This document shows, in pieces, positions 58,198-64,000 of a DNA stretch of 64,000 bases (position 1 is its first letter; the number at the start of each line of letters is the position of its first letter). This DNA is from an uncultured Rikenellaceae bacterium (GTDB lineage: Bacteria > Bacteroidota > Bacteroidia > Bacteroidales > VadinHA17): NCBI GenBank assembly GCA_964633195.1, contig CAZWFL010000015.1:12764-76763 (forward strand), read 5' to 3'. The notes beneath the pieces are model-generated. The model ran no database searches. It saw only the letters and a list, made by a program, of their open reading frames with translations, and was not told where the DNA came from. The translations under genes and the position numbers were made by a program.

Positions 58198-58261
58198 GGT
58201 GTAGAGGCGTAGCGGTGTTTTGCCGTTGAGCCGCTGTGCCGTTACGCCGTTGAGCCTCTAT
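58198..58261. repeat. Octamer tandem array in one register (GGTGTAGA, GGCGTAGC, GGTGTTTT, then GCCGTTGA, GCCGCTGT, GCCGTTAC, GCCGTTGA, GCCTCTAT)
   Basis: Read directly. It fills the whole 61-nt gap between the convergent ddl and oxidoreductase genes. GGCGTAGCGG (58206-58215) can pair with CCGTTACGCC (58239-58248). Confidence 0.85.
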
Positions 58262-59643
58262 TCTTTTGCCAGTCTGAGAGCTGTAGTTGTGGTATAATAT
58301 TTTGTAATCATTCCGGGAACCTCCCAGTCCGGTAATTTGCCGGCATCCAGATATTCCAGGAATTTCTCCGTTACCTGAGCGAAATGCTCCTCATGACCTA
58401 CCCTGTACCTGTCAGGGATAGTGATCTTAATGGTCTGAGGATTAACCACCTCAACAGCCAGATTTTCGTATGGCAATGTACTGAGTGCGCTTTTCAGCTT
58501 CTCAGTAAAAAGATCCATTCCGACTCCCTTTACATTTTCGGCATATAACGTCGGCACATACTTCTCCTCAGCGCCCTGCTTGATCGTCAGATCACACCTT
58601 GAACCTCTCATAACCGAATAATGTGTGTCGCCTGCCCCGGGAGGTGCCTGGTATTTCCATTCAACCGATACCCTGGCATAAATGCCTTTCAAACGATAGG
58701 TCATCTCACCATTGGCATATACGTGAAGATTCCCTTCCTTAATATCTTTCTGAAGATAAGAGGGGAACTCCTCAAAGCCGGTGACTCCTCTGAACTCTTC
58801 CTTCGTCATCACAGTCGGCCATCTTCTTGCCTCGACCATTTCAACATCCGAAGTGGCAAGTATCTGTTCAGGGAAGCACTCCCACTGGATAAGATCCACC
58901 AGGTGGGTAGTCACGTCAACTATGCCCTCACCCTGCTGATCAACATCAAAAAACCATGCCGGTCTTATGAGGGGGGCGCCTGATACAATTTTTGAGAAAT
59001 GGTGAACACTTACCTTTGTCACCGCAGGATCCTTGCTGTTGCCGGTCTGAAGCGTACCGAACACCTCTTCGTTCTGCGACAGGAGTTTCTGAAGGATAGT
59101 TGTGATCTCATACCTCTCCGTCATAATATCATATAACAGAATTCCTTTCTCCCCGGCAGTTTTAAACGCCTGCTCCAAAACGGGAAAATCCCCGGGTAAT
59201 ATGATCATAGGTTTGTCAGCCAGAACATTAAGCCCACCATTAACAGATCTGCTTATATACTCGGCTTTCTTCCTGTTGTTTCCCGATAAAACAACCACAT
59301 TACCGTTTCCCTCTGCCAGCATCTTTTCAAAGAAATCATCACCACTGTATAATACCTCTTTCCAGGAGGTGGGGTTCTCCGTCCTGTTGTTGTATGAATT
59401 GATTCTGTCGAGGTGTTGCTGAACATCAGGGCCCTCAGGAGCATATACATGAACTTCCGGTGATACCTGTTCGTACATTGTTTTCTGGACCAGGGCTGCA
59501 TGGAAATGGCCGGGGTCTACAGTGACAAGTCTTACCTTATAATCGTTTTTCATAGTATCGGCGGATTTTTTTTGTGTACCTCCCGATCCGCATGAACTCA
59601 TCACGAGCATAGCAGGCAGGATAAAAAATAAGATCTTCTTCAT
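58258..59643 (-). CDS. Lipoprotein, putative Gfo/Idh/MocA-like oxidoreductase with an Oxidoreduct_C-type C-terminal domain
   Basis: Lipobox (..LVMSSCG). An N-terminal Rossmann-like segment (VRLVTVDPGHFHA) and a long C-terminal domain. Assignment is by recollection of the family. Confidence 0.55.
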   Translation of the reverse strand: MKKILFFILPAMLVMSSCGSGGTQKKSADTMKNDYKVRLVTVDPGHFHAALVQKTMYEQVSPEVHVYAPEGPDVQQHLDRINSYNNRTENPTSWKEVLYSGDDFFEKMLAEGNGNVVVLSGNNRKKAEYISRSVNGGLNVLADKPMIILPGDFPVLEQAFKTAGEKGILLYDIMTERYEITTILQKLLSQNEEVFGTLQTGNSKDPAVTKVSVHHFSKIVSGAPLIRPAWFFDVDQQGEGIVDVTTHLVDLIQWECFPEQILATSDVEMVEARRWPTVMTKEEFRGVTGFEEFPSYLQKDIKEGNLHVYANGEMTYRLKGIYARVSVEWKYQAPPGAGDTHYSVMRGSRCDLTIKQGAEEKYVPTLYAENVKGVGMDLFTEKLKSALSTLPYENLAVEVVNPQTIKITIPDRYRVGHEEHFAQVTEKFLEYLDAGKLPDWEVPGMITKYYTTTTALRLAKE

Positions 59644-59652
59644 TTTTCTAAA

Positions 59653-59694
59653 TTTTATTTCTATAAGTTATATTTCTCTAAGTTATATTTCTAT
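59653..59694. repeat. 15-nt-period direct repeats (AAGTTATATTTCT at 59665-59677 and 59680-59692, with a partial third copy at 59653-59662) just upstream of the oxidoreductase ATG
   Basis: Read directly. Two copies are 13/13 identical. Confidence 0.8.
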
Positions 59695-59708
59695 TACGAT
59701 TAATTTCC

Positions 59709-59764
59709 CTCTTAAACTTTGGAACTTTGGAACTTTGAAACTTTGAAACCCTGGAACCTTGAAA
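59709..59764. repeat. Octamer tandem array (CTCTTAAA, CTTTGGAA x2, CTTTGAAA x2, CCCTGGAA, CCTTGAAA)
   Basis: Read directly. Seven units in one register inside the 137-nt spacer between the URO-D-like gene and the oxidoreductase gene, which are on the same strand. Confidence 0.85.
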
Positions 59765-59780
59765 CTATATCCATCCCAAT

Positions 59781-60812
59781 TTAGTGCTTTTTCACCTCTT
59801 CAACAAAAGCCTTTATATTTAAATCATTAACCCCGGGCGGCATGCCTCCCCCGACCGACCAGATTATGCGGCTGTGGTCATCCGTTTCCTGAAGTGCTTT
59901 TGCTACAGCAGTCCTCACATCTGAAGGGGTGCCCGCAGCCATCACATCCCTTGGAGGTATATTTCCCATGAGTACGATACCCGGTCCGGCCAGTTCCCTT
60001 ATCTCTCCAAGGGAGTGATTAAAGGAGAAATTGAAAACATTAACATTCATCGCCCCGAGATTGGCAGCTGTAATGAGTCCGTCGGCATCATTATGAAGAA
60101 ATCTGACTGCCGGTCCCGTGGTCTCAAATATCTTCCTGAAGTAAGGCAATACAAACTCGCCGAACTCAGCTTCACCGACAAAACCTATTATATCATCGAG
60201 TATTAGTACCCCGTCTATTGAATTAAAAGATTCCTTCTGCCAGCTTAGCCAGTCACAGATAAACCCGGTGATCTTCCCGAGAAGCCTGTGCGAAGCGTCG
60301 GGATTCATTGCAAGCGCCATCATGAACTCAGTGGTACCCATCAGGAAACTGGCAATATTAAGGGGGCCTCTTGATATGGCAAACCTTATCTGATGACCGG
60401 AATCCCTGATAGCCTTCTCATTGTTTTTCAGTCTGCTTATCATGAATGGAAGCAAACCGTCAGTCTTTACATTTGGTTGTGGCAGCAGATCTGCTTCCGG
60501 GATGTCTCTCATTATTTTCCCGGCATGCGGCAGGCTCTCTTTGGAGAACACCATTCGTGAACCAAAAGCAGAGGGTTCTGTGCACATTCCATACTCCGAC
60601 CAGAAGCCGGGAATGAACCATACATCCGGGAACCTGTTAACAGCTTCAAGATTAGCTTTTAACCACAATTCGTCCGATGCATAGTAATCTACTGTTGATA
60701 TCCCGTACCACCCGGGAATCCATGGGCTGTCGATAATAAATCCAACCGGTCTGCAGGGCACCCTGGTCCCGTTAATCATCCCGACAAGATCGTCCCATGC
60801 TGAATTTCGCAT
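59781..60812 (-). CDS. Uroporphyrinogen decarboxylase (URO-D) family protein, MtaA/CmuA-like
   Basis: 343 aa with a URO-D-fold-like pattern (..FGSRMVF.., ..ILDDIIGFVG.., ..LHNDADG..). The ATG lies 1 nt after the gcvP stop codon (TAG-T-ATG). Confidence 0.6.
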   Translation of the reverse strand: MRNSAWDDLVGMINGTRVPCRPVGFIIDSPWIPGWYGISTVDYYASDELWLKANLEAVNRFPDVWFIPGFWSEYGMCTEPSAFGSRMVFSKESLPHAGKIMRDIPEADLLPQPNVKTDGLLPFMISRLKNNEKAIRDSGHQIRFAISRGPLNIASFLMGTTEFMMALAMNPDASHRLLGKITGFICDWLSWQKESFNSIDGVLILDDIIGFVGEAEFGEFVLPYFRKIFETTGPAVRFLHNDADGLITAANLGAMNVNVFNFSFNHSLGEIRELAGPGIVLMGNIPPRDVMAAGTPSDVRTAVAKALQETDDHSRIIWSVGGGMPPGVNDLNIKAFVEEVKKH

Positions 60813-60813
60813 A

Positions 60814-63711
60814 CTATCCGGGATTATTAAACTTAAAGGTCTCCATTCTGTATGAATCTATCGGATCGCATGTACAAATGAGGTTCCTGTCACCGTATCC
60901 GTTGTCAACACGTCCGACCGGGGGCCAGAATTTATTCTCTGCGACCCATTTCAGCGGAAATGCCGCCTTTTGCCTGTTGTAGCTGTGAGTCCATTCGTCT
61001 GCCGTCACCACCTTAACAGTGTGAGGGGCATTATGAAGAACATTATCTTCCCTGTCTGCTTTACCTTCTTTTATTTCCTGAATCTCACCCCATATTGATT
61101 TCATAGCATCAATAAACCTGTCGAGCTCAAAGAGTGACTCCGATTCGGTGGGTTCGACCATCAGTGTTCCATGTACCGGAAAAGAGAGCGTAGGTGCATG
61201 AAAGCCGTAATCCATCAGCCTCTTGGCGATATCTGCTTCGGTTATACCTGCCTCTCCCTTAAAATTACGGCAGTCGAGGATCATTTCATGAGCGACAAAT
61301 CCTGTTGTTCCGGCGTAAAGAATTTTATACCAACCTTTTAACGCTGCAGCAATATAATTCGCATTAAGAATGGCATACTCAGTTGCCTTCGTAAGCCCGT
61401 CAGGGCCCATCATCATAGTATAGGCATGCGAAATTGTCAGGATCAGTCCGCTTCCAAAGGGTGTTGAAGCAACTGCAGTAATACCATTACTGCCGCCTGT
61501 CTTTACTATGGGATGGGATGGCAGAAATTCGGAGAGTTTCTCATTGACCAGAATCGGTCCCATCCCCGGTCCTCCTCCGCCATGGGGGATAGCAAAAGTC
61601 TTGTGCAGGTTGAGGTGGCACACATCCGCACCTATACGTCCAGGGCTGGTAAGGCCCACCTGTGCATTCATATTGGCGCCATCCATGTAAACAAGTCCCC
61701 CGTTCTCATGAACAATTTTGCACATGTCGGTCACACCTGCTTCGAACACCCCGTGTGTGGAGGGATATGTTATCATAAAGCCTGCAAGCTTTTCCCTGTT
61801 ACTCTCTGCTTTGTTCTTAAGATCTTCAATATCAATATTCCCCTTATCGTCACACTCAACCACAACCACCTGCATACCCGCCATAACCGCGCTGGCAGGG
61901 TTTGTTCCATGCGCGGATGATGGTATAAGAGCCACGTTGCGAAACTCCTCCCCCCTCTTTTTATGATACTCCCTGATCACCAGAAGTCCTGCATATTCTC
62001 CGGCTGCACCCGAATTGGGCTGGAATGAGATGGCCCGGAAACCTGTAATTTCTTTCAGCGCATCTCCCAGCTCATCCATAAGCTGATAGTAACCTTCTGC
62101 CTGATCTTTGGGCACAAAAGGGTGAATATTTGAGAATTCAGGCCAGCTCAACGGGAACATTGCCGTGGCCGGATTCAGTTTCATTGTACATGATCCCAGC
62201 GATATCATACTGTGCGTCAGGGAGAAATCTTTCCGCTCAAGAAGCTTGATATATCTCATCATTTCGGTTTCGCTATGGTACCTGTTGAATGTTGAAGCCT
62301 TGAGGAACTCAGATTTCCTGACAAATTTGTCATCAGGGAATCCGCAATTGCAAAATGATGTAACTTCCCTGGCACTCCGGCCCGATGCCCTGGCAAAGAT
62401 TCCGGTTATCCTGTTAATCTCTTTCAGGGTTATGACCTCATCGGTGCTTAACCTGACACAATTATTTCCGGGATAGAAGAAATTGATCTCCTCTTCCAGA
62501 GCCATTTTTCTTATGTTTTCTGCAGATACTCCATCCGGCAGCTCTATTTGCAGAGTGTCAAAGAACTGGTCGTTGGTCTGTTTATATCCCATTTCCTTAA
62601 GCTCGCAACTGATCGTGCATGCTGCGCTCTGAATGTATCCGGCTATTCTCTTCAGACCCTCCGGTCCATGGTACTGGGCATACATCCCCGACATTGTTGC
62701 CAGCAGAGCCTGGGCAGTGCAGATATTTGACGTTGCCCTTTCACGCTTTATATGTTGTTCGCGTGTCTGGAGCGCCATTCTGAGGGCATGATCTCCGTGA
62801 ACATCAATTGAGACACCAATAATCCGTCCGGGCATATTTCTTTTAAGTTCGTCGCGCGTTGCAAAGTAGCCTGCATGAGGTCCGCCGAAGCTCATCGGCA
62901 GACCCATCCGCTGATTTGAACCGACAACGATATCAGCGCCCCACTCACCGGGAGGTGTTAAAATGGCAAGGCTCATAAGGTCAGCAGCTACTCCGACAAG
63001 GGCACCGGCATCATGCACCTTCGCCGTGAAACCACTGTAATCCCTTATCTGTCCCGAAGCGGCAGGATACTGAACCAATGCACCAAAAAATGACTCATCA
63101 AACTCAGCATCTTCGTAATTACCCCTCACAACTTCAATACCAAGAGGACCCGAACGGGTTTCTAAGACATCGAGTGTCTGAAGAAAAATATCATCATCGA
63201 CAAAAAACCTTGTTGCTCCTGCCTTTACTGCAACACGCGACCTTGAATTGTACATCATTATCATAGCTTCAGCCGCAGCGGTTGATTCATCAAGAAGCGA
63301 GGCATTGGCAATTTGCAACCCTGTCAGATCAATAACCATGGTCTGGAAATTGAGAAGAGCCTCAAGCCTGCCCTGCGAAATCTCAGCCTGATAGGGAGTG
63401 TAAGAGGTGTACCACGACGGGTTCTCAAGAACGTTCCTGATAACAACCGACAGTGGGGCAATCCCGTAAAACCCCTGACCAATGAACGACCTGAAAATCT
63501 TATTCTTCGCCCCCAGACTCCTTATATGACCCAGGTACTCATGTTCACTCATCGCTTCGGGAAGATTCAAAGGTTTGTGCAACCTTATTTTTTCAGGTAT
63601 AGTCCTGTCAATAAGCTCATCAAGAGATCCGACACCCACTCTCTTAAGCATATGGGGCAGATCCTCCTCGCGCGGACCATTATGACGGTTAACAAATTTA
63701 TCGTCTGGCAT
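60814..63711 (-). CDS. gcvP: Glycine dehydrogenase (decarboxylating), glycine cleavage system P protein
   Basis: Single-chain P protein of about 965 aa including the PLP region ..NLHKTFAIPHGGGGPG... I prefer the ATG at 63711 (MPDDKFVNRHNGP..) over 63747. Confidence 0.96.
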   Translation of the reverse strand: MPDDKFVNRHNGPREEDLPHMLKRVGVGSLDELIDRTIPEKIRLHKPLNLPEAMSEHEYLGHIRSLGAKNKIFRSFIGQGFYGIAPLSVVIRNVLENPSWYTSYTPYQAEISQGRLEALLNFQTMVIDLTGLQIANASLLDESTAAAEAMIMMYNSRSRVAVKAGATRFFVDDDIFLQTLDVLETRSGPLGIEVVRGNYEDAEFDESFFGALVQYPAASGQIRDYSGFTAKVHDAGALVGVAADLMSLAILTPPGEWGADIVVGSNQRMGLPMSFGGPHAGYFATRDELKRNMPGRIIGVSIDVHGDHALRMALQTREQHIKRERATSNICTAQALLATMSGMYAQYHGPEGLKRIAGYIQSAACTISCELKEMGYKQTNDQFFDTLQIELPDGVSAENIRKMALEEEINFFYPGNNCVRLSTDEVITLKEINRITGIFARASGRSAREVTSFCNCGFPDDKFVRKSEFLKASTFNRYHSETEMMRYIKLLERKDFSLTHSMISLGSCTMKLNPATAMFPLSWPEFSNIHPFVPKDQAEGYYQLMDELGDALKEITGFRAISFQPNSGAAGEYAGLLVIREYHKKRGEEFRNVALIPSSAHGTNPASAVMAGMQVVVVECDDKGNIDIEDLKNKAESNREKLAGFMITYPSTHGVFEAGVTDMCKIVHENGGLVYMDGANMNAQVGLTSPGRIGADVCHLNLHKTFAIPHGGGGPGMGPILVNEKLSEFLPSHPIVKTGGSNGITAVASTPFGSGLILTISHAYTMMMGPDGLTKATEYAILNANYIAAALKGWYKILYAGTTGFVAHEMILDCRNFKGEAGITEADIAKRLMDYGFHAPTLSFPVHGTLMVEPTESESLFELDRFIDAMKSIWGEIQEIKEGKADREDNVLHNAPHTVKVVTADEWTHSYNRQKAAFPLKWVAENKFWPPVGRVDNGYGDRNLICTCDPIDSYRMETFKFNNPG

Positions 63712-63812
63712 ATGATTATGATTTATTCCGTATAACAATAAACTCATAAATGAGTTTCAGGATCTGCTAAAATAACGATTTGAATTTCTAAATTAAATGA
63801 AATAGATCACTG

Positions 63813-64000
63813 TCAGTTAAAATAAGGATTTGATTTTATCTCCTTCTCTATCGTGGTTGAATGACCATGACCCGGGTACACAACAGTCTCTTTGGGCAGA
63901 ACAAAAAGCCTGGTACTGATGCTTTTAACAAGAGTGCTGTAGTCACCTCCGGGCAGATCGGTCCTGCCAATACTTCCTGCGAAGAGTGCATCACCGGTGA
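63813..64000 (-). CDS. MBL-fold metallo-hydrolase (glyoxalase II-like), C-terminal fragment. The gene continues past the window edge.
   Basis: My translation of the minus strand is ..TGDALFAGSIGRTDLPGGDYSTLVKSISTRLFVLPKETVVYPGHGHSTTIEKEIKSNPYFN*, with the stop at 63813-63815. Confidence 0.75.
   Translation of the reverse strand, partial: TGDALFAGSIGRTDLPGGDYSTLVKSISTRLFVLPKETVVYPGHGHSTTIEKEIKSNPYFN

Noticed and set aside
63748-63812. Glycine riboswitch upstream of gcvP
   Set aside because: Only about 65-100 nt are available between gcvP and the neighbouring MBL-fold gene. I see none of the conserved glycine-aptamer features, and the spacer is too short for the tandem form.
1-64000. Search for a mobile element, prophage, defence island, toxin-antitoxin pair, DGR/retron or biosynthetic cluster
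   Set aside because: No transposase, integrase, reverse transcriptase, restriction/modification, Cas, nuclease-NTPase pairs or tRNA-flanked islands were seen. Gene content is overwhelmingly core housekeeping and envelope functions.

Overview
This window reads as a Bacteroidota chromosomal segment of about 45% GC. The lineage call rests on T9SS C-terminal sorting domains, a GldB-like lipoprotein, a DUF1573 protein, a MurF-Alr fusion and many TAnnTTTG -7 boxes. It is densely packed with housekeeping genes: miaA, smpB, uvrA, lpd, a ZnuABC-like transporter, nadE, murF/alr, tdk, rsmI, dnaB, ispE, methylmalonyl/propionyl-CoA carboxyltransferase plus BCCP, lptF/G, tgt, rsmG, rpmH, rluD, ddl and gcvP. 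It also carries envelope and secreted proteins and one two-component system. I found no rRNA, tRNA, CRISPR array, transposase, integrase, phage gene or recognisable defence system. Two real small genes are missing from the ORF track: a 55-aa 2x[4Fe-4S] ferredoxin and rpmH. Two edge genes are partial. The least ordinary content is non-coding. (i) Four gene-end spacers are filled with 7-nt or 8-nt tandem repeats that keep one register while the unit sequence changes. (ii) A 159-bp element between convergent genes is bounded by perfect 15-bp inverted repeats and carries an internal -7 promoter box, making it a candidate inverton or structured RNA. (iii) A direct-repeat-flanked GC-rich element has mutually exclusive hairpins. 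On the protein side, a tandem M14 carboxypeptidase pair consists of one intact enzyme and one paralog that has lost every catalytic or zinc-ligand residue I can align. That pair sits divergently from the zinc-uptake operon. I cannot claim a defined new multi-gene system. The repeat tracts and the inverted-repeat element are the best leads, and both need read-level and transcriptome data.
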